Shown piece after piece: positions 18,823 to 28,316 of a stretch of 64,000 nt of DNA. This stretch comes from an uncultured Alphaproteobacteria bacterium (GTDB lineage: Bacteria > Pseudomonadota > Alphaproteobacteria > MPNO01 > DASWLB01): positions 1,375,655 to 1,439,654 of the forward strand of contig CAWGHZ010000007.1 in NCBI GenBank assembly GCA_963822575.1, written 5' to 3'. Position 1 is the stretch's first letter. Every line of letters begins with the position of its first letter. Made by a program: the position numbers and the translations under genes. Below the pieces are notes generated by a model, which did no database searches, was not told the origin of the DNA, and worked only from the letters and a program-made list of their open reading frames with translations.

Positions 18823-19711
18823 TTGACCGTCGCCAGCATGACCGGATTCGCCCGCGCCGAGGGATTCCAGGACGGCTATGCCTGGTCGTGGGAGATCCGC
18901 AGCGTCAACGGCCGCAACCTCGACGTCCGCGCCAAGCTTCCGCCCGGCAACGAGGCGCTGGAGATGAAGGCGCGCACGCTCTGCGCCGAGCGCTTCCGCC
19001 GCGGCTCGATCTCGCTCACCTTGAACCTCACGCTGCACCGAACGGGCCGCTTCCGTACGGGTCAACCGCGATGCGCTCGACCGCATGGTGGCGCTGGCCC
19101 GCGAGGTCGGCGCCGGGATCGGCGCGCCGCCGCCCCGCATCGAAGGCCTCCTGGGGCTTTACGGCGTGGTCGAGCGCATCGAGGAGGAGGAGACCGAGGA
19201 CGTCCGCGCGGCGCGCGAGGCGGCCATGGAACGGACGCTCGCCGACGCGCTCGATGCGCTCGCCCGCATGCGCGCGGACGAGGGCGCGCGGCTCCACGAC
19301 ACGGTGGCGGGCCACCTCGCCCGTATCGCCGCCCTGGCCCAGGACGCCGCCAAATCCGCCGCCGCCCAGCCCGAGGCGCTGAAGCGCCGGCTTGCCGAGC
19401 AGGTCGCGGCGCTCCTGGACGCGCGCGTCGGCGTTTCGGAGGAGCGCCTGGCGCAGGAGGCGGCGCTCCTCGCCACCAAGGCCGACGTACGCGAGGAAAT
19501 CGACCGGCTCAACGCGCACGTCACCGCGGCGCGCGAGCTGCTCGCCGCCGGCGAGGCGGTCGGGCGGCGGCTCGACTTCCTGTGCCAGGAGTTCAACCGC
19601 GAAGCCAACACGCTGTGCTCGAAAGCGACCGATATTGACCTCACCCGCATCGGGCTCGACCTCAAGGCGTCGATCGAGCAGCTCCGCGAGCAGGTCCAGA
19701 ACATCGAGTAG
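18823..19711 (+). pseudogene. yicC: YicC-family stress-induced protein; frame broken by two apparent single-base deletions at C/G homopolymers near 19040-19065
   Basis: YicC N-domain in frame 1 and DUF1732 C-domain in frame 2; the third frame reads HPNGPLPYG across the junction, implying CCC->CC and GGGG->GGG. Confidence 0.75.
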
Positions 19712-19715
19712 CGCC

Positions 19716-20354
19716 ATGCCGTCCGACCCCATCGCCCGCCGCGGGCTCATGCTGGTGCTGTCCTCACCCTCGGGCGCAGGCAAGACCACCATCTCGCGCG
19801 CACTGCTCGAACGCGACCCGACGCTGGAGATGTCGGTCTCGGTGACCACGCGCCCGCGCCGCCCCGGCGAGAAGGAGGGGCGCGACTACTACTTCATCGA
19901 TCCGACCGAGTTCGCCCTGATGCGCAACCGTCAGGAGCTGCTCGAGCACGCCAAGGTGTTCGACCACTATTACGGCACGCCACGCGCGCCGGTGGAGGAC
20001 GCCATCGCACGCGGGCGCGACATCGTGTTCGACATCGACTGGCAGGGCACCCAGCAGCTCAAGCAGACCGCGCGCGACGACCTCGTCAGCGTATTCATCC
20101 TGCCGCCCTCGACCGCCGAGCTGGAGCGGCGGCTGCAGACCCGCGCGCGGGACCCCAAGGACGTGGTGGCGCGCCGCATGGCCAAGGTGGTGGACGAAAT
20201 CAGCCACTGGGCCGAGTACGACTACATCATCGTCAATCGCGACGTGGAGGAAAGCGTGCGCCACGTCGAGGCCATCGTCACGGCCGAGCGCCTGCGCCGC
20301 GAGCGCCAGACCGGCATCACCGATTTTGTCGCACGGCTGCGCGAGGGACAGTAG
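19716..20354 (+). CDS. gmk: Guanylate kinase
   Basis: P-loop SSPSGAGKTT; conserved yicC-gmk order. Confidence 0.9.
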   Translation: MPSDPIARRGLMLVLSSPSGAGKTTISRALLERDPTLEMSVSVTTRPRRPGEKEGRDYYFIDPTEFALMRNRQELLEHAKVFDHYYGTPRAPVEDAIARGRDIVFDIDWQGTQQLKQTARDDLVSVFILPPSTAELERRLQTRARDPKDVVARRMAKVVDEISHWAEYDYIIVNRDVEESVRHVEAIVTAERLRRERQTGITDFVARLREGQ

Positions 20355-20362
20355 GTTTAGTC

Positions 20363-20443
20363 GTCATTGCGACGCGCGCAGCGCCGAAGCAATCCAGTGG
20401 CCGCAGACGTTGCCTAGGATTGCTTTGCTTCGCCCGCAATGAC
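20363..20443. repeat. ~80-bp imperfect-palindrome intergenic repeat (copy A), forms a long hairpin; REP/MITE-like
   Basis: GTCATTGCGA...GCAATCCAG..GGCCGCAGACG..CTGGATTGC...TCGCAATGAC; near-identical copy at 34817-34897. Confidence 0.75.
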
Positions 20444-20449
20444 GGAAAC

Positions 20450-21301
20450 CTATGCGCCTTCCCGCTCTACGACCGCCCTGGCCAGGGCACAGAACTGTTC
20501 GACAGCGAGCTCCTCGGCGCGGGCGGTGGGGGGCACGTCAGCGGCAGCGAGGAGCGCCAGCGGGTCGCCGCCCAGAGACGCGAGGGACGAGCGCAGCATC
20601 TTGCGGCGCTGGCCGAAGGCGGCGGCGGTGACGCGCTCGAAGGCGGAGAACTCGGCCGCGGCAAGCGGCGCGGGGCGTGGCACGATCCGAACGACCGAGG
20701 AGACGACGCGCGGCGGCGGGGTGAAGGCCCGCGGATCGACGTCGAACAGCCGCTTCGCCGCGGCGCGCCAGCCGACCAGCGCGCCGAGCCGGCCGTAGGC
20801 CGCCGTGCGCGGTGCGGCGCAGAGCCGCTCGGCCACCTCCTTCTGCACCATGACGGTAAGGCTCTCGTAGGCCGCGATGTCGCGCAGCCAGCGGACGATC
20901 AGCGGCGTCGCCACGTTGTAGGGCAGGTTGGCGACGACGCGCCGCGGCACCGTCGCGAGCACCACCATGTCGATCTCGCGCGCGTCCCCCTCGATCACCG
21001 TGAGGTGGCCAGGATAGGCTGCGGCCAGCTCCCCGAGCGCGGCGATGCACCGCCGGTCGAGCTCGATGGCGAGCACGCTCGCCCCCTCCGCCAGCAGCGC
21101 GCGGGTAAGGCCGCCAGGGCCGGGCCCGATCTCGATTGTCGTGCCTGCGCCCAATGGGCCGGCGGCGCGGGCGATCCGGCGCGTCAGGTTCAAATCGTTG
21201 AGGAAGTGCTGGCCGAGCGATTTGCGCGCGGCGAGCCCATACCGGGCGATGATTTCGCGGAGCGGCGGCAGCGTCGCCGCCTCGGCCGGCCGGTCAGGCA
21301 A
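20450..21301 (-). CDS. rsmA: 16S rRNA (adenine1518/1519-N6)-dimethyltransferase RsmA/KsgA
   Basis: LGQHFL, EIGPGPGGLT and NLPYNVATP motifs. Confidence 0.9.
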   Translation of the reverse strand: MPDRPAEAATLPPLREIIARYGLAARKSLGQHFLNDLNLTRRIARAAGPLGAGTTIEIGPGPGGLTRALLAEGASVLAIELDRRCIAALGELAAAYPGHLTVIEGDAREIDMVVLATVPRRVVANLPYNVATPLIVRWLRDIAAYESLTVMVQKEVAERLCAAPRTAAYGRLGALVGWRAAAKRLFDVDPRAFTPPPRVVSSVVRIVPRPAPLAAAEFSAFERVTAAAFGQRRKMLRSSLASLGGDPLALLAAADVPPTARAEELAVEQFCALARAVVEREGA

Positions 21302-22319
21302 CGGGCGCGGCGGCGGCCGCCCGGTTCCGCGCCATCTCGGCCGCCATGCGGAGCGCCGCGATCAGGCTTTCCGGGCTCGCGCGGAACGTGCCGGCGATGT
21401 CGAATGCGGTCCCGTGGTCGGGCGAGGTGCGCACGAAGGGCAGGCCCAGCGTCGCGTTGACGCCGCGGTCGAAGTCGAGCGTCTTGAGCGGGATCAGCGC
21501 CTGGTCGTGGTACATGCAGATCGCCGCGTCGTAGCCCCCACGCGCCGCGGCCGAGAACATCGTGTCGGGCGGGAGCGGCCCGAACGCCTCGATTCCCTCT
21601 CCCTTCAGCGCCGCGACCGCGGGCGCGACGATGTCGATGTCCTCGCGCCCGAGATGGCCGTCCTCGCCGGCATGCGGGTTGAGCCCGGCGACGGCGAGGC
21701 GCGGCCGGGCGATGCCGAAATCGGTCCGGAGCGCTGCCGCCGTCACCCGCGCCGCGTGCAGGATCAGCGGCGTCGAGAGACGGCGGATCGCTTCCGTGAG
21801 CGCGACATGGATGGTGACCGGCACGACGCGCAGGCCGGGAATCGCCAGCAACATGATCGGCGCCGTCGCGATCCCGGCAAGGCGCGCGAGATATTCCGTG
21901 TGGCCCGGATCGGGGAAGCCTGCCCGGTAGAGCGCCGCCTTGTGGATCGGGTTGGTCACCACCGCCGCCGCGTGTCCCGCCTGGACGAGCGCGACCGCGC
22001 GGTCGATGGCGGCGACGACCGCGGGCCCATGCGCCGGATCGGGCTTGCCCGCCGTGGCCTGAACGTCGTGGCCGAGCGGCAACACCGGCAGGGCCGTCGC
22101 GAACACGCCGGCGGCGTCCTCTGGCGCTGCGATCTCCGCGACCGGCACGTCGGGCGCGCCCGCGGCGGCAAGCCGGCGGAGCCTCGCCGGGTCGTCGATC
22201 GCGAAGAAGACCGGCAGGTCGGCGCGGCGCCGCCAGGCCAACAGCGCGATCTCGCCGCCGATCCCGGCGGGATCGCCCATGGTGAGGGCAAGCGGCAGGG
22301 GCGCCCGGCCGGTCATACC
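21294..22319 (-). CDS. pdxA: 4-hydroxythreonine-4-phosphate dehydrogenase PdxA
   Basis: PdxA family sequence (TMGDPAGIG..., HTEYLA); start MTGRAPL at 22319. Confidence 0.85.
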   Translation of the reverse strand, partial: GMTGRAPLPLALTMGDPAGIGGEIALLAWRRRADLPVFFAIDDPARLRRLAAAGAPDVPVAEIAAPEDAAGVFATALPVLPLGHDVQATAGKPDPAHGPAVVAAIDRAVALVQAGHAAAVVTNPIHKAALYRAGFPDPGHTEYLARLAGIATAPIMLLAIPGLRVVPVTIHVALTEAIRRLSTPLILHAARVTAAALRTDFGIARPRLAVAGLNPHAGEDGHLGREDIDIVAPAVAALKGEGIEAFGPLPPDTMFSAAARGGYDAAICMYHDQALIPLKTLDFDRGVNATLGLPFVRTSPDHGTAFDIAGTFRASPESLIAALRMAAEMARNRAAAAAPVA

Positions 22320-23551
22320 CGCACGTCGATCACGGCGGCGAGGTGCAGGTCGCGCAGGTGGCGCCGCGCCAGCATGTTGAGCCGCTGCAGCATCAGGTTG
22401 TTCTCGATCTGCTCGCGCGTCGGGATAGGCACCTTGGGCTCGTCGCGCTTGCACACCATCACCATCAGGAGCCCACCGTCGGTGGAGATGGGCTTCGACA
22501 GGACGCCGACCTTGAGGGGCCGGACGACATTGCGCATCTCGGCGGAGAGCTCGGCCAGCGTGAACTGGCCGAGATGCGGCGGGCGCGCCGAGCGCGCCTC
22601 CTTCGCCATGCGCTCGATGTCGCCGCAGCCCTCCACGTTCTGGGCGAGCGCGTGCGCCAGATCCTCGCTGGCCTTGCCGTCATTCGCCAGGAACAGCTGG
22701 TCGAGCGTGACCTTGACCTGGCTCGGGTCCGGCGCCATCGCGCGGCGGCGGTCCATCAGCTTCAAAATGTGATAGCCGGCGATGGTGCGCACCGGGTCGG
22801 ACACCGCGCCCGGCTGGAGCTTGGCGATGGCGGCGGCGAGGGGCGGATCGAGCTCGGGCGGGCGCACCCAGCCGAGGTCGCCGCCGACCGCGGCGGTCGC
22901 GCCGCGCGAGAACTGGCGCGCCAGCGCGTCGAACCGCGCGCCCTTGCGGATCTGTTCGGCGAGGCGGCGTGCGTTCTCGAGGACCGCGTGGTCCTCATTC
23001 GGCGAGTTGACGTTGAGCAGGATCTCGGAGACGCGGTCCTCCTCCTCGCCCTGCGCCGCCTTGATCTTCGCCAGTTCCTCGTCGACCTCCTCGTTCGTCA
23101 CCGTCACCGTATCGCGGTACTGCCGCGTGATGAGCTTCTGCCAGGCGACGTTGGCGCGGATCTGGTCCATCAAGGTCGCCGGCCGAAGCCCCGCGTTCTC
23201 GAGATACTTCACCAGCCCACCCTTAGGCAGGTGGTTCTCCTCTTCGATAACGCCGACCGCGCGGTCCATATCGGCCTTTGTGACCGATACGTTGCGCTTC
23301 TTCGCCTCCTGGAGCTGCAGCCGCTCGTCGATCAGCGAGCGCAGCACCTGGGGCCTGAGGCGCGCGCGCGTCTCCGGCGTATCGGGGAGCTGCGATGTCG
23401 CAATCACCAGGTCGACCCGCGAGGTGAGGTCGAACATCGAGATGATGTCGTCGTTGACGATGGCGGCGATGCGCTGCAGGTCCTGCGCGCGCGCCGTGCC
23501 CTGCGCGGCCAGGAGGGCGAAGGCGAGCAAGACGATCCGGACAAACATCAT
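22313..23551 (-). CDS. surA: Periplasmic chaperone / PPIase SurA
   Basis: Signal peptide MMFVRIVLLAFALLAAQGTARA; SurA-N and parvulin domains; conserved lptD-surA-pdxA-ksgA order. Confidence 0.85.
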   Translation of the reverse strand: MMFVRIVLLAFALLAAQGTARAQDLQRIAAIVNDDIISMFDLTSRVDLVIATSQLPDTPETRARLRPQVLRSLIDERLQLQEAKKRNVSVTKADMDRAVGVIEEENHLPKGGLVKYLENAGLRPATLMDQIRANVAWQKLITRQYRDTVTVTNEEVDEELAKIKAAQGEEEDRVSEILLNVNSPNEDHAVLENARRLAEQIRKGARFDALARQFSRGATAAVGGDLGWVRPPELDPPLAAAIAKLQPGAVSDPVRTIAGYHILKLMDRRRAMAPDPSQVKVTLDQLFLANDGKASEDLAHALAQNVEGCGDIERMAKEARSARPPHLGQFTLAELSAEMRNVVRPLKVGVLSKPISTDGGLLMVMVCKRDEPKVPIPTREQIENNLMLQRLNMLARRHLRDLHLAAVIDVRV

Positions 23552-23676
23552 GGACTTCAAGGACTTCCGGCCACCCCGGCGCGCCCGCCAAGCGCGCGCG
23601 CCGCACGTCTGAGAGCCGCCCCTATATAGGCCCGGCTCCGGTCCGACGCAAACCCCGCGGGCTTGTCCGGCCGCGC

Positions 23677-25872
23677 TCAGAACTGCACCTGGCCGAGATT
23701 CTTGAATGCCACCTGGAAAAAAATCGTGGTGCTCGGCACCAGATCCCGGTCGAAGCCGAAGTTGCGGACATAGTTCCCGGTGACCACGAAGCACTCGTCT
23801 TCGTAGGTCAGCCCGAACCCATGCGACAGTTCGCCGCCAGGGTTCGCCAGGTTGCGCACCATGTGGGCGTTGAACCGCCAGTGCGGCGTGAGTTGCGCCG
23901 TGATGCCGGCCTGCACCTCCTCGCGCGCGTCGAACTCGGGCTGATCGATCCGCTTATCGATCGAGAGGTAGTTCACCGACAGCTTGACCGCCTGGGGCCC
24001 GACGGTCGCCCCCACCTCCTGGCGCCGGACGGCCAGGGTCTTGTGATCGAGACGGAAACGGTAGAGGAAATTCAGAAGCTCGGAGGGCGACGCCTGGACC
24101 CGGCCGACGATGTCGGACAAATTGTTGTCGAGGCCCGTCCCCGCGGCGAATGCCGCGTTGCGTTCGCGGCTGTAGCTCTGCCCGACAAGGATCGAGCCGG
24201 ATGCGTTATCAGGCGCCAGCACCGTTCCGCGCACGCCATAATAGACCCGCTGGCCGCCATCGACCCGGTCGAGCCCGCCGAAGCGGTTGGCGGCGAAGAT
24301 GTTGGTATCCTGCAGCTCGAAATCCTGGCTGTCCTCGTTCGGGATGTCGGACGGGTTGCCCCCGGTCGGCGCCACGACGACGCCGACGATCGGCTCCACT
24401 ACCTCGCTCGTCTTGCCGTCGTGGCGGACCAGGGGATAGCGCCAGTCGACGCCGGCCTGCGGGAAGACGCGGCCTGAGGTGCCGCTCTTCGTCGGCCCGG
24501 CCGCGCTGAACGGGTCGGCCAGATCGTCGAACTGGTAGAGGTCGGTCTGCAGCGTGGCGAAAATCGTATAGACCTCACCGTCGTCGGCGACCACGGGCAG
24601 GCGCCAGCCCGGTGTCAGCGAGACATGGCGGCTGTCGGTGCCCTGGCTGCGGGTGACCTGCAACGCCTCGGCGTTCAGCTCCCAGCGCCCGCCGAAGCGC
24701 CCCGGATCCCCGACGAAGTTATAGTGGGCGAGCGGCAGAACCAGCGGCGTCTGCCCGCCGATGTCGTTGGACCGGAGCCCCTGGAACGAGTAGCCCTCGA
24801 TCACCGAGTAATCGCGTCCGTGGAAGCCTTCGAGATAGGCCCGCGAAGTCAGGAGGGAGTCCGAACCGAACCCGTAGCTCGGAAGATATGTGTCGTCGGA
24901 GGTCCGGTAAATGTTGGCGCCGGTGCGCCAGTGCGGACCGAGGTCGAAGTGCGCGAAGCCCTTGATATGGCCGCGGATCGCGTCGTGGCCGTTGGGCGAG
25001 GTGCCGTCCGTCGCGCTGCCGTCCAGGCGGAGCTCGCCGTGGGCGTAGCGCTCGCGGTACTCGCCTGCCAGCACCGGCCCCTCGCTTGTGGTGATGATCG
25101 GTTCGATGGTCGCGTCGCGGTTCGGCGCGAGATTGAGGAAGTAGGGTATGCGGAATATCTTGCCGAGGATGCTGTCGCTGCCGAACGACGGCGTGAGAAA
25201 GCCGGTCTTGCGCTCGACCGTCGGGTCCGGGTGCTGGAAGTAGGGCAGATACATCACCGGGACGCCGAACATCTCCATCGTCGCGTCGTAGTATTTGATC
25301 TCGTGCGCGACCTCGTCATGGACCACCCGGTCGGCGCGCAGCTGCCAGAGCGGCGGGCGGTCCGGGTGCGCGGCGCAGGCGGCGCAGGGCGTGTAGACCC
25401 CCTTGGCCATCTCGTTGCGCACACCGGCCACGCGCTTGGCGCCGTTGGCGGCGAGGCGTGAATTGTCGGTGAGCCGCGCCCTGAGGTTGCGGATCAGCGC
25501 GTCCTTAAGATCGCCCGAGAGCGCCATGTAATCGGCGAAGAACACCTCGCCCGAGGCGGCCAGCAGCGTAACGTTGCCCGAGGCGGTAGCGGTGTCCTCG
25601 CGCTGGTTGTAGGTCACCGTGTCGGCCATCAGGACGTTGTCGTCGCGCGAGAACTCGACGTGGCCGGTGGCCACCACCACACCCAGCTCGCGGTCGTAGC
25701 GCAGCAAGTCGGCCTTGAACAGCACCGGCCCGTTCCCCTTGAGGGACTTGCCGATGTCCTGCGCGCCCGCAACCCCTGCAACGAGAGCCGCGCAGATCGC
25801 CAGCACCGCGATGGCGAGCCCCCCCCGCACCCCGTCAGCCGTCTTCGAGGTGGAACAGCATCGAGAGCCCAA
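23677..25872 (-). CDS. lptD: LPS assembly outer-membrane protein LptD
   Basis: 731 aa OstA/LptD family; alternative GTG start at 25830 would remove the overlap with lptG. Confidence 0.85.
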   Translation of the reverse strand: MGSRCCSTSKTADGVRGGLAIAVLAICAALVAGVAGAQDIGKSLKGNGPVLFKADLLRYDRELGVVVATGHVEFSRDDNVLMADTVTYNQREDTATASGNVTLLAASGEVFFADYMALSGDLKDALIRNLRARLTDNSRLAANGAKRVAGVRNEMAKGVYTPCAACAAHPDRPPLWQLRADRVVHDEVAHEIKYYDATMEMFGVPVMYLPYFQHPDPTVERKTGFLTPSFGSDSILGKIFRIPYFLNLAPNRDATIEPIITTSEGPVLAGEYRERYAHGELRLDGSATDGTSPNGHDAIRGHIKGFAHFDLGPHWRTGANIYRTSDDTYLPSYGFGSDSLLTSRAYLEGFHGRDYSVIEGYSFQGLRSNDIGGQTPLVLPLAHYNFVGDPGRFGGRWELNAEALQVTRSQGTDSRHVSLTPGWRLPVVADDGEVYTIFATLQTDLYQFDDLADPFSAAGPTKSGTSGRVFPQAGVDWRYPLVRHDGKTSEVVEPIVGVVVAPTGGNPSDIPNEDSQDFELQDTNIFAANRFGGLDRVDGGQRVYYGVRGTVLAPDNASGSILVGQSYSRERNAAFAAGTGLDNNLSDIVGRVQASPSELLNFLYRFRLDHKTLAVRRQEVGATVGPQAVKLSVNYLSIDKRIDQPEFDAREEVQAGITAQLTPHWRFNAHMVRNLANPGGELSHGFGLTYEDECFVVTGNYVRNFGFDRDLVPSTTIFFQVAFKNLGQVQF

Positions 25873-26929
25873 GAAGCGAGGCCACCCCGGCCGGCGTCCA
25901 GGCGGCCAGCACCACCGGGATGCGCGCCGAAAGCCCGAGGGCGAACACCACGTCGGTGAGGAAGTAGAGCACCAGCCCGGCCGCCACGCCGGCCGCGAAT
26001 ACGATCCCGGTGCCGCGCCGCCGCCCGTGGCGCAGCGAGAAAGTGGCAGCGATCAGGATCATTGCGCACAGCAGAAGCGGGTCGGAGAGAAGCGAGTTCC
26101 AGTAGAGCCTGTGGCGCAGCCCGGAGAAGCCCGCCTGCTCGAGTTGCTGGATGAAGGCCGGCAGCGCCCAGAACGACATGGTCCCGGGCTCGGCGAAGCC
26201 GTCATAGATCGTGTTGGGCGTGATGTCGGTCTTGAGGCGATACTCTGCCTCGGTGTGCGGCACACCATCGCGCGTGGTGATGCGCGCGTCTTGCAGGATC
26301 CATTGGCCGTTGCCCAGCCGGGCGTGCGGCGCATCGATCCGCTCCTCAAAATGGTCGACGCCGCGGAATAGGAAGATGGTGATGTCGGTGAAGCTCATGT
26401 CGCGCGGCGAGACACGCACGGCGTGCACGATCGACTGGCCCTGGTCCGTCCCCTGGCGCAGCCACAGCCCGGTCGAAGAGACCGACATCAGGCTCTGGCG
26501 GCCCTCGATGTAGCGCGCCTCCATCTGGTCGTAGCGCAGAAGAAGGACAGAGGCGAGCGGGTTCACCACCATCACGCGGAACGCGCCGATCGCGACAGCC
26601 ATCACCAGCGCCGGCAGCAGGAACTGCCACGCCGACACGCCGGCCGCACGCGCCACCACGAACTCGTGGCTGCGATTGAGTCGCCAGAACGCCATCAGCG
26701 CGCCGAACAGGACGGCGAACGGCACCACCCTCTGCGCGGTGTCCGAGAGCTTGAGGAGCGCCATCTCGAGCGCGATGCCGAACCCCGCATCGGCGTGGCC
26801 GGCGACGCGGCGCACGAGCTCGATCACGTCGAGCATGAATACGATGCTGACCAGCATGAGGAACACGATGGCGAACCAGATCAGAAACTGGCGGCCGAGA
26901 TAGAGCGACAGGATTGCCGAGACCCGCAC
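25835..26929 (-). CDS. lptG: LPS export ABC permease LptG
   Basis: YjgP/YjgQ permease family; GTG start about 26929. Confidence 0.8.
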   Translation of the reverse strand: MRVSAILSLYLGRQFLIWFAIVFLMLVSIVFMLDVIELVRRVAGHADAGFGIALEMALLKLSDTAQRVVPFAVLFGALMAFWRLNRSHEFVVARAAGVSAWQFLLPALVMAVAIGAFRVMVVNPLASVLLLRYDQMEARYIEGRQSLMSVSSTGLWLRQGTDQGQSIVHAVRVSPRDMSFTDITIFLFRGVDHFEERIDAPHARLGNGQWILQDARITTRDGVPHTEAEYRLKTDITPNTIYDGFAEPGTMSFWALPAFIQQLEQAGFSGLRHRLYWNSLLSDPLLLCAMILIAATFSLRHGRRRGTGIVFAAGVAAGLVLYFLTDVVFALGLSARIPVVLAAWTPAGVASLLGLSMLFHLEDG

Positions 26930-26937
26930 GTCGTGCC

Positions 26938-28068
26938 TCAGCCGGCCGACAACGCGGCCGGCGCCGCCTCGGCGCCGCGCCGACGCCGCTTGCCGGTGAC
27001 GGCAAGGGCGAGCGCGCATATGACGATCGGCACGATCGGGTCGGCATAGAGCAGCGGCCATATCGCGAGCATCTTCTCGCCGACGCTCTTGATCACCAGC
27101 GCGCCGCCCTCGGTCACCGCCACCGCCGCGATGGCGATGGCGATGCGCCGCCCCTGGCCGCGCCGGTCGAACTCGCCGGTCAGGAGGCAGGCGAGCGCCA
27201 CCAGCGCCGCCGCCAGCGACAGAAGCGGCCCGGCAAGACGCGAATGCCCCTCCATGTGGAGCTTGGCATAGGTCCAGTCCTGGCCGGGCCCGCCGCGCGG
27301 CACGAACAATTCGTCAAGATAGCGCTCGCGCGGCTCGCGCCAGCGGGTCTGCGGCGCCGAATTGGCGGCACCGACATCGAACACGTAGCGGTCGAAATAG
27401 AGGATCGACGTGCGGCCGGTCCGCGCGTCGACCTCCTGACGATTGCCCTTGATCATGAGGACGCGCGGCCCGTCGCTGCCTTGCACCAGTGCGCCGCGCT
27501 CCGCCATCATCGTTTCGTGCTGGCGCGGATTGCGCTCGTCCTGCACGATGACGCCCAGAAGCTCGCCGTCCGGCGCGCGGTCGCGCACATATACGGTGAC
27601 GTTCTTCATCAGCGTGGTGAACACGCCTTCCTGCAGCAGCACGCTGTTGTACGTGTCGCGAATCGCGAACTGGGTATCCTTGAACTGGCGATAGGACGCG
27701 GGAAGGAGCCATAGCGACAACACATAGCCAAGCGCGGTGCAGCCGAGCGCCAGCACGATAGCCGGAGTCGCGAGGCGGCGCTGGCTGAGACCGGTGGCGC
27801 GCATCGCCACAAGTTCGGAATCGGCGGTCAGCCGGTTGTAGGTGAACACCACCCCGATGAACAGCGCGATGGGGAGGATGATGCTGATCAGCGACGGTAG
27901 CATGAGCGCCGTGAAATAGACGAACAGCGGCACCGAGAGGCCGCGATTGACGATCAGCTCGACGAAGCGCAGCGACTGCATCAGCCACACCACGCAGGTG
28001 AGGCTCGCGAGCACGAGCAGTGTGATCCAGAAGAGCTGGCGGAAGACGTAGCGGTTCAATCGCGACAT
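26938..28068 (-). CDS. lptF: LPS export ABC permease LptF
   Basis: YjgP/YjgQ family; start MSRLNRYVFRQ. Confidence 0.8.
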   Translation of the reverse strand: MSRLNRYVFRQLFWITLLVLASLTCVVWLMQSLRFVELIVNRGLSVPLFVYFTALMLPSLISIILPIALFIGVVFTYNRLTADSELVAMRATGLSQRRLATPAIVLALGCTALGYVLSLWLLPASYRQFKDTQFAIRDTYNSVLLQEGVFTTLMKNVTVYVRDRAPDGELLGVIVQDERNPRQHETMMAERGALVQGSDGPRVLMIKGNRQEVDARTGRTSILYFDRYVFDVGAANSAPQTRWREPRERYLDELFVPRGGPGQDWTYAKLHMEGHSRLAGPLLSLAAALVALACLLTGEFDRRGQGRRIAIAIAAVAVTEGGALVIKSVGEKMLAIWPLLYADPIVPIVICALALAVTGKRRRRGAEAAPAALSAG

Positions 28069-28316
28069 GACGCTGCCGGTGCCCTGTTCGCCCTGTCCCC
28101 CGCACGGGCGCGCCGCCCGCGCGTGGCCCGACCCGGGCTTGATATTGCGCGCGGCGAGCCCGCGCAAGGACTAGATTGTGGCCCGGGCTCCAGCCCCCCG
28201 ACCGCGCGCGGTGCGAGGCGCTTCTCGGCGCGTGATCCGATTCCGTCACTTTCCGGCCCCATCGCCGCCGTTCGGCGCTAAAGTGCCCGCGCCGATGGAC
28301 CCCCGATGGTGAAATC

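Noticed and set aside
20420-21460. ORFs beginning MLCFARND (and MLRFARND at 34874)
   Set aside because: Start codons lie inside the palindromic repeat element; downstream translation is antisense to ksgA, or merely upstream extension of the UbiD-like gene.
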